From the NCBI GenBank assembly GCA_021788105.1, contig JAJYKZ010000001.1, forward strand, positions 19,333-83,332: 64,000 nt of DNA, written 5' to 3'. The translations under genes were made by a program, and so were the position numbers. The stretch's first letter is position 1. The number at the start of each line of letters is the position of its first letter. The DNA is from a bacterium (GTDB taxonomy: Bacteria > Patescibacteriota > Minisyncoccia > Moranbacterales > UBA2206). Below the pieces are notes generated by a model that made no database searches, had not been told where the DNA came from, and saw only the letters and a list, made by a program, of their open reading frames with translations. Below are positions 18,664-28,495 of this stretch, one piece after another.

Positions 18664-19734
18664 CTATTTTTTCAGCGCGTAAGTATTGTTGATTTTAACA
18701 AAAGAATTTTCGTTGTTCAAATTGATAAGCACGGTCGCTTTCTTCACCTTGCGGATTTTCATAACTTCCGACATAATTTCATCCTTGGTCATCGGCTTTC
18801 CGCTTTTTGCCAAAATATCTTTCAAAACATCTTTAATGGTTCCCTGCTTGTATCCCCATTCTTTCAAGGCATAAATTCCCCGCCCGATCAGCACGAATCT
18901 GTCGTCTTTGATGAGCTCATTATGCACCGTTTGAGGATGCGCCTTTCTTTTGCTCAAATTATGTTTATCGATCAATTGGGCGATTTCAGAAAAATGCAGA
19001 GGCTTTTCATTTTCCTTCAGCACGAGATGAATCCGTTCCTTGGTTCCCTTAGGATTGATTTCGGGCCAATGCGCCAAGCCCCATTTTTCAAATTTGTTTT
19101 TCTTGATCTTGGAAAAAACCTTAAGAAAACTTGCGATCTGCTTTTTTGTCAGTTCGGACTTTTTGGATGATATTTTTTCGATTATTTCATCGTCAACCAA
19201 AAGATTTTTCTCTATCTGCAATATTTCTTCGGACAATGCGGACAACTCCTGGGCCTTTTCCATAATTTCCTTGGAAACCATCCAGGATTTTTCGATTATT
19301 TTTTCTATTTCTTCAATAATAACCCTGTCGGAGATGGCGGAAAAAAACTTTATGGAATTGATCTCCTTCTTGTCTTTGCCGCCCAGCTTTTCCAGAATTT
19401 CCTGTTCTTTTATTATACCATCATTTTCATGGATTGTAAAAATAATTTTTTCTTCGGCCGCTTTGAATTTTTCGTCGCTTTGTTTTCCGGAAATTCTTCT
19501 GAGGGCATCGGAAATAATCTGCCGGACGCGCTCCCGAGTGATCCTGTAATCTCTCCCTATTTTTTCAAGTGTTTGCGGCTTTTCTCCGGACAAACCGAAT
19601 CGCTTGGCCAGAATTTCCTGCGATCTTTCCGGCAGGTCGGACAATAAATGGCTGGCGGCATCAAAAAAACTCAGCTCTTTGAGAGCATTGTTCTGATCGA
19701 TCGTTTTTTGACCCCTTTGGCCGTTATTATTCAT
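18664..19734 (-). CDS. Sigma70 region-4-like HTH protein with C-terminal HARE-HTH/RNAP-delta-like winged helices
   Basis: RFGL...TLEKIGRDYRITRERVRQI and PLHFSEIA...HPQTVHNELIKDDRFVLIGRGIYAL. Confidence 0.8.
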   Translation of the reverse strand: MNNNGQRGQKTIDQNNALKELSFFDAASHLLSDLPERSQEILAKRFGLSGEKPQTLEKIGRDYRITRERVRQIISDALRRISGKQSDEKFKAAEEKIIFTIHENDGIIKEQEILEKLGGKDKKEINSIKFFSAISDRVIIEEIEKIIEKSWMVSKEIMEKAQELSALSEEILQIEKNLLVDDEIIEKISSKKSELTKKQIASFLKVFSKIKKNKFEKWGLAHWPEINPKGTKERIHLVLKENEKPLHFSEIAQLIDKHNLSKRKAHPQTVHNELIKDDRFVLIGRGIYALKEWGYKQGTIKDVLKDILAKSGKPMTKDEIMSEVMKIRKVKKATVLINLNNENSFVKINNTYALKK

Positions 19735-19903
19735 AAATTTATACGCGAAACAAATTACTTTTTTAGTCAAGCCATATTAGCACATATTGAATATTTTTGT
19801 CAAGGGTGACAGGTTTCATTAATAATGTTATACAAAAAATAATGTGTTGTTTTAAAAATGAATAAATCTCTTAAAGAAATCTTAACAAAAGAGGAGGCTG
19901 AGG

Positions 19904-20879
19904 ATGAAAATAGGAGGAGTCGAATTTCATAACATATTCCTTCCTTCAGGAACTTTGAATTTTGAGAAGCAAGGTTGGCCGCATCATAAGCTGTATAAGC
20001 TCATTCCTGGATTTGGATACAAGAACGCCACCTTTGTCGCCAAAACGACGACGCTTCTTGAAAGACCTGGAAATATAGAATTGGATCCGGAAACATTAAT
20101 GCCCAAAAAAAATGTTTCCTGATTGTATTTATGTAAATTTCTGGAAGGCGCTTGTCATGAATGTAGTAAACCTGAGCGGCCCAGGTGCAAAAATTCTTTT
20201 TGAGAGAGGCAAATGGTTTGAGATTCTTGAAAACTTCTGGCTTTCTTTTATGACCATAGCAGAAACAAAAGAAGAGCGACTAAAAGAATTTCAAGATTTC
20301 ATAGATCTCTTAAAAAAATATTTGCCTTTTTTCAGAGCCAGGATCGGACTTAAAGTAAACATCACTTGTCCAAACACGGCGCACAACCTCAAGGAGATCG
20401 AGGATGAAGTCATGCATTTTTTAGAAATCGCCGCCAGACTGGGAATTCCCATTGGGATCAAAGTCAATATCTTCACTAGCACTAAAACAGTAAAAAGAAT
20501 TTTCAATGCCGGCCTTTGTGATGCAGTTTTCGTGTCTAACACGATCAGATGGGGAGAAATTTCCGAACGAATAAATTGGGAAAAGCTGTTTGGAAGAAAA
20601 GTATCACCTCTGAAAAAATATGGTGATAATGCTGGAGCCATGTCAGGCTGGCCCGCATTGCCGCTAGTAAAAGAGTGGGTCTCGGAGGCAAGAGGGATAG
20701 GAATCGACGGAATAATTATAGGAGGAAACGGAATATCTCGCAAAGAACACATAGATTTACTTTTTCCTCTCGTGGACGGATTCTCCATAGGTTCGGCCGG
20801 AATGGTTCGGCCGCATAGATTGCAAGGACTCATAAATTATGCGGATCAAAAAATTACAGAAAGAAACGGGAGAAACTAA
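19904..20879 (+). pseudogene. pyrD: Divergent dihydroorotate dehydrogenase-like gene split by a frameshift in an A8 run (20105-20112)
   Basis: KTTT..RPGN in ORF1; NVVNLSGPG, NITCPN, SNT, MSG, IIGGNGI in ORF2; deleting one A fuses them (PKKMFPDC). Confidence 0.7.
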
Positions 20880-21947
20880 ATGAAAAACGAACCAGAAGAA
20901 ATTGTTCTTGAAAATCTCTTCTCACAACATTCGCATTTGCGAGAAGGAAAAATGCTTGATGCCACGGTGCCGGCCAATTCCCCCTATTCTCTGGTTGTCC
21001 AAATACCAAACCTTGCAAATCCGGTTGATTCAGGAAAACGGTTAAAAGAACATCAAACCGAAGTCCTGTCTCACGAGCCGAATTTTCAGATCGTATGGGG
21101 AATCATGATAACTAAAAGAACCACCCGCCAAGATATCAAAGATGCTTATCATCTTGGAGCTCGCTTTATTAAATACATCCCAGCAAAAACCTCTACTAAT
21201 TCTTCAGGTGGAATTGGAATAACTCTCGATGAACTGCCAAACCACTATGACAAATTCGAAGAGGGTTTCAAGCTCGGAATGGCATCCCTCAACCACATTG
21301 AGAGAGCCTATACCAAAGACGGCAAAGAAATCCCATACATATTCCGAGAAGAAAGAGCCATCGAAGATTTTGACCGACTGGTGCGCACCTTTCCAAGAGA
21401 AAAAATTAGGGCGGAACATGTCAGCACTCGTTCACTTATAGATTATATTGCCACTGCCCCAGCCAATGTTAAGGGCGGCTTTGCCATTCAGCATGCCAAA
21501 AAAACATATGTCGATGTTTTTCCAAGCTCAGGCAATATCATCTATGAAAACTTCTGTATGCCGGTCTTAAAAAATGAATACAACCGGCAAATGGTGGAAT
21601 GGGAAATGGCAAAAGGAAATCACAAAGACTTCCGTTATACCCCTGATGATGCATATCATCCATGGGGGAAAAAGCTCGAGAGCATTCCAGGATGTTTTCT
21701 TCCGCCTATCATTGCACTTCCGCTTCTGTGCCAAATCTTTGAGAAACACGGAGCACTGAATCGCCTACAGGAATTCGCTGGCATAACAAAAGGGGATGAA
21801 GAATTTTTCGGCATCCAAGCTGAAAAAAAGAAAAAGATTATAATGATAAATGAGACTTGGAGGGTTCCGGAAATAATCCACGGCACAGCCCCCTTCATGA
21901 AGGGAGAATTACTGAGCTGGAAAATAAAGGAGGTAATAGAGATATAA
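20880..21947 (+). CDS. pyrC: Dihydroorotase (E. coli PyrC-like, divergent)
   Basis: HSHLREG, PNL.NPV, KYIPAKTSTNS, EHVST, FCMPVLK, PDDAYH match PyrC metal and substrate motifs. Confidence 0.8.
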   Translation: MKNEPEEIVLENLFSQHSHLREGKMLDATVPANSPYSLVVQIPNLANPVDSGKRLKEHQTEVLSHEPNFQIVWGIMITKRTTRQDIKDAYHLGARFIKYIPAKTSTNSSGGIGITLDELPNHYDKFEEGFKLGMASLNHIERAYTKDGKEIPYIFREERAIEDFDRLVRTFPREKIRAEHVSTRSLIDYIATAPANVKGGFAIQHAKKTYVDVFPSSGNIIYENFCMPVLKNEYNRQMVEWEMAKGNHKDFRYTPDDAYHPWGKKLESIPGCFLPPIIALPLLCQIFEKHGALNRLQEFAGITKGDEEFFGIQAEKKKKIIMINETWRVPEIIHGTAPFMKGELLSWKIKEVIEI

Positions 21948-21991
21948 ACACAAAAGGCTTCGCGCTAACAAGCACGGAGCCTTTTAAAATT

Positions 21992-22984
21992 CTACAACCC
22001 ATACCTCACCTTATTCGCCTGCTGTTGTTCATAACTTTTGGCATAAATCGTCTGGCCGGTTTTGGGATCGTTTAGAAAATAATCGTAATTGGAGTCGGTC
22101 GGATGAATCGATGCTTGAATCGAGCCGAGTCCCGGATTGGAAATCGGACCGGGCGGCAAACCTTTGTTGAGATACGTGTTGTACGGCGAAGCGGTTTCAA
22201 CGTCCTGCAAAGAATATTTTATTTTGGCAGTATCTAAAATATATGCGAGCGTCGAATCACATTGAAGCGCCTGGCCGTTTGACAAACGATTCCACAAAAT
22301 GCCGCTCACTATCGCCCGGTCTTCCGAAGTTTTTACCTCCATCTCCACGATGCTTGCCATCGTGATTATGTCATGGATGGACTTGTCATCTTTCGCGATG
22401 TCCGATCGCATTTGTTCATTAAGTTTCATATTGAAATTATCAATCATCCGCAAAACAATGTCTTTGGCTGTCGCATCCTTGGAAAAATAATAAGTATCGG
22501 GAAAAAGATAACCCTCCAAACTGTTTGCATTATTAAGATAACCGTAACGATTTTTAATGTCTTGCGGAGGACTGTCCACAATTTGCAAAAAACCGTTGCC
22601 GTCCAATCCATCAGCCGTGAGACGATCGGACATTTTTTTGCCGGTCCAGCCTTCCGGGAAAGTTATGATGATAAATTTTTCCGTACTGGTGATTGCTATG
22701 GCAATTTCCGGAATGGTCATATTGCCGCTAAGCTGGTACTTGCCGGGCAAAATCTTATTAGTGAGATTATGCGTTCGAAGATAGATGTAAAAATACCAGT
22801 TATTGGAAATCAATCCGTCATTTTGAAGACGTGAAGCAACTTCTGCATTTCCTTCTCCCTTATTGATCGTAAAAATTTCCTGATTTTTATTTTTACCATG
22901 GGAAAAATAAACTTGATAACGCAAATAAAAAAATCCCCCCGAAAGGGCAATGACCAGAGCAATAATTGTGATTATTTTTTTCAT
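21992..22984 (-). CDS. mltG: Endolytic transglycosylase MltG
   Basis: TFPEG, LEGYLFPDTY, MASIVEME, SPYNTYLNKGLPPGPISNPG. Confidence 0.95.
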   Translation of the reverse strand: MKKIITIIALVIALSGGFFYLRYQVYFSHGKNKNQEIFTINKGEGNAEVASRLQNDGLISNNWYFYIYLRTHNLTNKILPGKYQLSGNMTIPEIAIAITSTEKFIIITFPEGWTGKKMSDRLTADGLDGNGFLQIVDSPPQDIKNRYGYLNNANSLEGYLFPDTYYFSKDATAKDIVLRMIDNFNMKLNEQMRSDIAKDDKSIHDIITMASIVEMEVKTSEDRAIVSGILWNRLSNGQALQCDSTLAYILDTAKIKYSLQDVETASPYNTYLNKGLPPGPISNPGLGSIQASIHPTDSNYDYFLNDPKTGQTIYAKSYEQQQANKVRYGL

Positions 22985-22987
22985 CTC

Positions 22988-23608
22988 TTAATTGGCAGGC
23001 GCCAGAGGAATAAAAGAAAATCCGGGAAAATTTTCTTCGCAAAATTCAGTTTCGCTTTTCTTTTCTAAATATACAATGCTGTTTCTGACAGGCATTACCA
23101 GTTTTCCTCCGATTTTCAATTGATCTTTGAAGGCCTGGGGAATTTCTTCCGTCGAGGCCGAACAGAGAATGCGATCGTACGGCGCTTTCTCCAAAAAACC
23201 TTCGTTTCCGTTCGCGCAATAAAACTCCGCTATTCCCTTTTTAATAAATTCAAAACGATTGACATGTTTTTTGGCATATTCCACTAAATCATCCACAAGA
23301 TCGATGGCAATCACCCTTCCCTTTTCTCCGACAATGTAGGACATAAGCGCAGTCGTCCAGCCCGATCCGCTTCCGACGTCCAAGATATTCTGTCCCTTCT
23401 GCGGATCAAGAAGTTCCAGCATAAAAGCCACCGTTGAAGGCTGGGAAATAGTTTGCCCATATCCGACCGGCAATTCGACATTCTTTTCCGCGCTTTCTTC
23501 AAAACCATTGGGAACAAATTCCAACCGGTCGATCGATGCGAACGCGTCGATGATCGCATCGGTCTTCAGATATCCGTTTCTTACCAATTCGTTTACGATC
23601 CTGCTCAT
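22988..23608 (-). CDS. pcm: Protein-L-isoaspartate O-methyltransferase
   Basis: GQTISQP, ILDVGSGSGW, APYDRI, QLKIGGKLV. Confidence 0.93.
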   Translation of the reverse strand: MSRIVNELVRNGYLKTDAIIDAFASIDRLEFVPNGFEESAEKNVELPVGYGQTISQPSTVAFMLELLDPQKGQNILDVGSGSGWTTALMSYIVGEKGRVIAIDLVDDLVEYAKKHVNRFEFIKKGIAEFYCANGNEGFLEKAPYDRILCSASTEEIPQAFKDQLKIGGKLVMPVRNSIVYLEKKSETEFCEENFPGFSFIPLAPAN

Positions 23609-23613
23609 AGCAA

Positions 23614-24054
23614 TTACAATCCAATAACTTGAATTATTATGTCCCGCGTTCTTGAGCCGTCCATTTCAGCCAAAAATATGCTTTGCTTTTCAGTCAGAAG
23701 CAATTTTCCTTTTTCGATCGGGATAGTTTCGCTTATTCCCAAAAGAATACTTTTAGTGTGCGAATGGCCGTTGCTTCTTCCGTCAGAACTGCTGGCGCGG
23801 TTAAGTTCGAACAAATCATGGGAATAGCTGTCAGTAGCCGGGACCAAGCGATAAAGAACGCGCATAAAATCCTGAATGAGCATCGGCTCGTTATGATTCA
23901 CAACAATTGAGGCGGTCGTATGCGGAGAATAAACCAGCACTTGACCCTCCCGAATTCCGGAATTATGAATCACCTCTTCGACTTGGTCGGTTATATCAAC
24001 AAATTCAATTTGGCTTTTACTTTTTATGCTTATGTTTTGTTTGTGTATTTTCAT
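23614..24054 (-). CDS. YjbQ/UPF0047 family protein
   Basis: HTTASI, NGHSH, EMDGSRTR. Confidence 0.9.
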   Translation of the reverse strand: MKIHKQNISIKSKSQIEFVDITDQVEEVIHNSGIREGQVLVYSPHTTASIVVNHNEPMLIQDFMRVLYRLVPATDSYSHDLFELNRASSSDGRSNGHSHTKSILLGISETIPIEKGKLLLTEKQSIFLAEMDGSRTRDIIIQVIGL

Positions 24055-24059
24055 AAATT

Positions 24060-25181
24060 TTATTTTTTGAAGACTTCGGCAACCACTTTTGCAGCACGCA
24101 CATCGAGCGCGCTTACCACTATTTTATCAGCAGTCGGTTTTTTTATCAACTCGGCGATTGCTTTGGCTGCTTTCAATTTGTGCTGATCGGTAATTATTTT
24201 TGTCCGGCTGTCCAAGGCGCCTCGAAAAACTCCCGGAAAAGCCAGGACGTTGTTGAGTTGGTTGGGATAATCCGACCGGCCGGTCGCCACCACTTTCGCG
24301 CCGCCTTTTTTCGCTTCTTCCGGCATAATTTCCGGCGTTGGATTGCTCATCGCAAAAACAATCGCGTCTTTGTTCATGGTTTTTATATCCTCCGCTTTCA
24401 AAAGATTGGGCGCGGAAACTCCGATAAAAACATCCGCTCTCTTCAAAGCGTCGCGCAGCATGCCCATAACATTATGTATGTTAGTGAAATGGATCAGTTC
24501 TTGTTTAGCCACATTTAAACCGCCGCGTTCTTTATGGATAATGCCCTGACTATCGGCCAAAATAATATCCCGCGCGCCATATTTGTGGAGCAACTTAGTA
24601 ATAGCGATACCGGCCGCGCCGGCGCCCGAAATTACGATTTTAACTTTACCGATTTTTTTATTCACCACTTTCAGAGCATTGATGATTCCCGCCAGAACGA
24701 CAATGGCCGTGCCGTGCTGGTCATCATGAAAAACCGGAATGTCCAATTCTTTTTTCAAAGCCTCTTCTATTTCAAAACAGCGCGGCGCAGAAATATCTTC
24801 CAAATTAATCCCGCCGAAAGTCGGCGCGACATTTTTCACAATTGCAATAATTTCTTTCGGGTCTTGCGTGTTCAAAACCAGCGGAATGGCATCCACGCCA
24901 GCCAATTCTTTAAAAAGCAAAGCTTTTCCCTCCATCACCGGCAAGGCGCCTTCCGGGCCGATATTGCCCAAACCCAAAACGGCCGAACCATCGGAAATGA
25001 CTGCGACCGTGTTTTTGCGGATCGTGTATTCGAATGAAAGTTTTTTGTTTTTGGCGACCGCCTTGGAAACTTCCGCCACACCGGGCGTGTACAGAACTGG
25101 CAAAGTTTCTTTCGTTAATTTCTTTTTTGATTTAATTTCAATTTTTCCGCCGAGCTTTTTGGAAAGTTGCAGTGAGTTCAT
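24060..25181 (-). CDS. NAD(P)-dependent malic enzyme
   Basis: YTPGVA, DGSAVLGLGNIGP, INLEDISAPRCF, HDDQHGTA, TGRSDYPNQ. Confidence 0.95.
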   Translation of the reverse strand: MNSLQLSKKLGGKIEIKSKKKLTKETLPVLYTPGVAEVSKAVAKNKKLSFEYTIRKNTVAVISDGSAVLGLGNIGPEGALPVMEGKALLFKELAGVDAIPLVLNTQDPKEIIAIVKNVAPTFGGINLEDISAPRCFEIEEALKKELDIPVFHDDQHGTAIVVLAGIINALKVVNKKIGKVKIVISGAGAAGIAITKLLHKYGARDIILADSQGIIHKERGGLNVAKQELIHFTNIHNVMGMLRDALKRADVFIGVSAPNLLKAEDIKTMNKDAIVFAMSNPTPEIMPEEAKKGGAKVVATGRSDYPNQLNNVLAFPGVFRGALDSRTKIITDQHKLKAAKAIAELIKKPTADKIVVSALDVRAAKVVAEVFKK

Positions 25182-25183
25182 AA

Positions 25184-26113
25184 TTATTTTTTGCTCAATT
25201 TCAATTTCTTATACACACTTCCCGCTGCCACCGCGCCTTCCGCCACTGCCGTGATAATCTGGCGAAATTTGTTAGACCCGGTCGTAACGTCGCCGGAAGC
25301 GTAAACAAATTCCACATTGGTTGCTTGCGCTTGATCGACAATGATGTATTTTTGTTCGTCTAATTTAACTCCCAGATTTTGCGCCAAGACTACGCCCGGC
25401 ACCGATCCGATCTCGATGAATACCCCCTGCACATCCAACGTCTCGTCTTTAGGCGCATCCATTGATTCATACACGACTGCCGCCACTTTCTGATCTCCTT
25501 TAATTTCTTTTATATTTTTGCAACAACGTATTTCAATTTTTGAATTAGCCCTCATCTGATCTTCCCAGGACGGCTCCCAATTGGAAGTTTCACGATACAG
25601 AAGATAGACTTTTTCAGCAAATTCCGAAACATGAATGGCCGCAGTCGCCGCCGCGTCGCCGCCGCCGATGACAACTACGTCTTTGTTACGAAAAAACATT
25701 GCGTCACAAGTGGCGCAGTAAGAAATTCCCTTGCCGATGAATTTATCTTCTCCAGGAATGTTCATCTTGCGAGGCTTCATACCCAAAGACAAAATAATAC
25801 TCTTGGATTTATAAGTGTCTTTTCCAGCTACCACTTCAAACACATCGCCGTTTTTTAATATTGAAGACACGTCCGATTCAACAATCTGCGCTCCCAAATG
25901 ATGCGCATGGTGCTGAAATTTCTCCATTAAAGTTTTTCCGGGAATGGAAATTTCTCCCGCCCAGTTTTCGATTTCAGCAGCTTCCGTCACCTGACCGCCT
26001 ATTTCATTGCCGATCAAAAGATGATCCAGCTTATAGCGCGAAGCATAAATTGAAGCGCCCAATCCGGACGGTCCGGCGCCGACGATGATGAGATCATAAA
26101 TTGTGTTTTCCAT
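25184..26113 (-). CDS. trxB: Thioredoxin reductase
   Basis: GAGPSG, YCATCD, GGGDAA, SGDV. Confidence 0.9.
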   Translation of the reverse strand: MENTIYDLIIVGAGPSGLGASIYASRYKLDHLLIGNEIGGQVTEAAEIENWAGEISIPGKTLMEKFQHHAHHLGAQIVESDVSSILKNGDVFEVVAGKDTYKSKSIILSLGMKPRKMNIPGEDKFIGKGISYCATCDAMFFRNKDVVVIGGGDAAATAAIHVSEFAEKVYLLYRETSNWEPSWEDQMRANSKIEIRCCKNIKEIKGDQKVAAVVYESMDAPKDETLDVQGVFIEIGSVPGVVLAQNLGVKLDEQKYIIVDQAQATNVEFVYASGDVTTGSNKFRQIITAVAEGAVAAGSVYKKLKLSKK

Positions 26114-26157
26114 AGTTTTTTAATTTTAAGTTGTTGCACTATAAATTATATAACTAT

Positions 26158-27102
26158 TTACAAAGTTGTGATAGGCCGAGACTGAGTAATATAAAATTTT
26201 CCTTTTTCCAATGCCCACTCAATATCTTGCGGTTTTTTGTAATGCTTCTCGATATTTAAACAAATCTTAGCCATAGCTTTAATTTGAGTGTCAGTCAATT
26301 TCTGCTTTTCCTGTTTTGAAATTGGAACTTTAGTTTCCACAATACCCTTCGCACCATTCTTCACAATCATCATTTCCTGCTGAGAAATATTTTTATCTAA
26401 AATAGAATTATCTTGCTTACGAACAATATAAGTATCAGGGGTTATTTTTCCGCCCACAATCGCCTCTCCCAATCCATATCCTGCTTCAATTACCATTTGT
26501 TTCCGATCGCGTGTCACCGGATGAGCTGTAAAAGAAATTCCAGAAATTTCCGATTGGACCATTTTTTGAACAACAACAGCGACAGAAACTTTTTGATCAT
26601 GCAGTTTTTTCTCAAACCGATAAAAAATTGCCCGGGGAGTAAAAAGCGATGACCAGCAGAGTTTGACCGACTCCAATAAATTTTTCTTAGTAACATTCAA
26701 ATAAGTTTCCAATTCACCGGCCCAAGAAGCCACCGACGAGTCTTCTGCCGTAGCAGATGAGCGAACAGCTACCAAAGGAGCTTTCAGAATTGAAAATTCT
26801 TTTGTTATTTCCTGCGCAATATCTTTGGGAAATTTTGCGTCCAAAATCAAATCTCTAATTTTCTCCGAAGCTTTCTCAACTGAATTGATGTTATCCGGTT
26901 TTACCTTTTTTATCACAGCTTCTATTTCCACATCTAAATCAGTTTCTTCTAAAAATCTATCAAAAGCCGATGCCAGCACAACAAAACCCGGCGGCACCGG
27001 AATTCCCGCCTTGGTCATTTCGCCAAGCGATGCACCTTTTCCTCCCGCAATGTCGACGTTTTTATAGGTCAGTTGTTTGAATGTTTTGATAAATTCAGGC
27101 AT
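26158..27102 (-). CDS. Stand-alone PEP-synthase/PPDK N-terminal ATP-grasp protein (copy 1)
   Basis: GGKGASLGE, VRSSATAED, SWAG, VVQKM, EAGYGLGEAIVGG.ITPD, PQDIEWA, ends at QSRPITTL*. Confidence 0.92.
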   Translation of the reverse strand: MPEFIKTFKQLTYKNVDIAGGKGASLGEMTKAGIPVPPGFVVLASAFDRFLEETDLDVEIEAVIKKVKPDNINSVEKASEKIRDLILDAKFPKDIAQEITKEFSILKAPLVAVRSSATAEDSSVASWAGELETYLNVTKKNLLESVKLCWSSLFTPRAIFYRFEKKLHDQKVSVAVVVQKMVQSEISGISFTAHPVTRDRKQMVIEAGYGLGEAIVGGKITPDTYIVRKQDNSILDKNISQQEMMIVKNGAKGIVETKVPISKQEKQKLTDTQIKAMAKICLNIEKHYKKPQDIEWALEKGKFYITQSRPITTL

Positions 27103-27114
27103 ACAAATTTAAAC

Positions 27115-28488
27115 TTAATTTTTTAAAATCTTCACAATACCTTTATTTGCATCAACCTCGACCAAATCACCATCTTTCAAAATTTTCGTTGCAATTTTAG
27201 TTCCAATGATACAGGGCTTATTCCATTCCCTCGCAACAATTGCTGCATGACAAGTTATACCCCCTTCGTCCGTTACAAATGCCACTGCTTTTTTCATGCA
27301 TGGCATAAAGTCAGGAGTAGTCATAGTTGTTATTAAAATATCTCCTTCTGAAACCTTACTTTGCTCACTGGCCTTTAAAATAATCCTTACCGTACCTTTA
27401 ATTTTTCCGCTGCAAGCTACCATTCCTTTCAATTCTTTAATATCGTGAATTGCAGATATGTTAAGTGAATTTATTTTTTGAATTAATTTTTTTCCAAATA
27501 ATAATTCAATTTTATTATCATGAAGCAAAAAACCATGACCCAATTTCCTTTCTTTTATAATTTTATTCGAAACTTTTATATTTTTTTCAAACAAATCTTT
27601 TATTTCACTCAAAAGATAGTATCCTAGGTCATTTTCTTTTACTAAAAATTTCTTGCCTATTTCATTCCAAAGAGTCTCTAGGTAAAATAGAGCTTCGTAA
27701 AGCTTTTCTGTTCGATAATTTCTAAAATAAACGAATTCTTTCATTAAATTCATGAACTCCTCTTCTTTTTTGTCAAATTTAAATCTATTCTTTATTGTTC
27801 CGTATTTTTTATTGTTCAAATCTAATTCCTCTAGCTTTTTTTTGAAAAAATTAAAATCATAACCTTTCGAGAACGGCTCCCTATACCCTAAAAAAGAATA
27901 TTTATTTAAATGTTTTTTTAGAGCTTGATCTAAATCTACTTCAGAATAATTATGATTTTTAATTCTTCTAAGATCAATTTCCTCCAAAACAGGAGAATTC
28001 ATTTTTTCAGGCTTGGAAATATTTATAAGAATACCATTCATTTCGCTTTCTTCAATCCCCTTTTTCTTTAAAATATCAATCAGTTTATCTTCAATAGATT
28101 TTGCTAATGGGTGTGTTTGTGGTAAAAAAACTAATAAATTCTTCAGAAGCTCTACGCTAATCCAAAAATCATTTTCAAGCTTACTAAGATTAGTTTTATT
28201 AATTTTTAATTTTCGCGAAAAACTTATTAACTTTTCTCCATTAACATATCCATTCTTGGTAAAATCCCAGAAAAAATTAAGCGGTTTGTTTTGATACTTT
28301 TTAGCAACAGCTTCCATCCAATTCATATCAAAATAAAAATCACCATCAATAATTTCTAAATTTTTAACATAGTCATTAAATTTAGCAATTTTTTTAAATC
28401 TCTTTTCGTCATTCCAAGACCTGATTAAAATATCATCTGTCAAAACAGCGTGCTTTCGTGATAATAATTTTTGAAAATTTGGTTTCAT
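27115..28488 (-). CDS. Variable N-terminal domain plus PEP-utiliser phospho-His swivel domain (457 aa)
   Basis: C-terminal LKG...[42 protein letters not shown]. Confidence 0.88.
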   Translation of the reverse strand: MKPNFQKLLSRKHAVLTDDILIRSWNDEKRFKKIAKFNDYVKNLEIIDGDFYFDMNWMEAVAKKYQNKPLNFFWDFTKNGYVNGEKLISFSRKLKINKTNLSKLENDFWISVELLKNLLVFLPQTHPLAKSIEDKLIDILKKKGIEESEMNGILINISKPEKMNSPVLEEIDLRRIKNHNYSEVDLDQALKKHLNKYSFLGYREPFSKGYDFNFFKKKLEELDLNNKKYGTIKNRFKFDKKEEEFMNLMKEFVYFRNYRTEKLYEALFYLETLWNEIGKKFLVKENDLGYYLLSEIKDLFEKNIKVSNKIIKERKLGHGFLLHDNKIELLFGKKLIQKINSLNISAIHDIKELKGMVACSGKIKGTVRIILKASEQSKVSEGDILITTMTTPDFMPCMKKAVAFVTDEGGITCHAAIVAREWNKPCIIGTKIATKILKDGDLVEVDANKGIVKILKN

Positions 28489-28495
28489 GTTTTAC

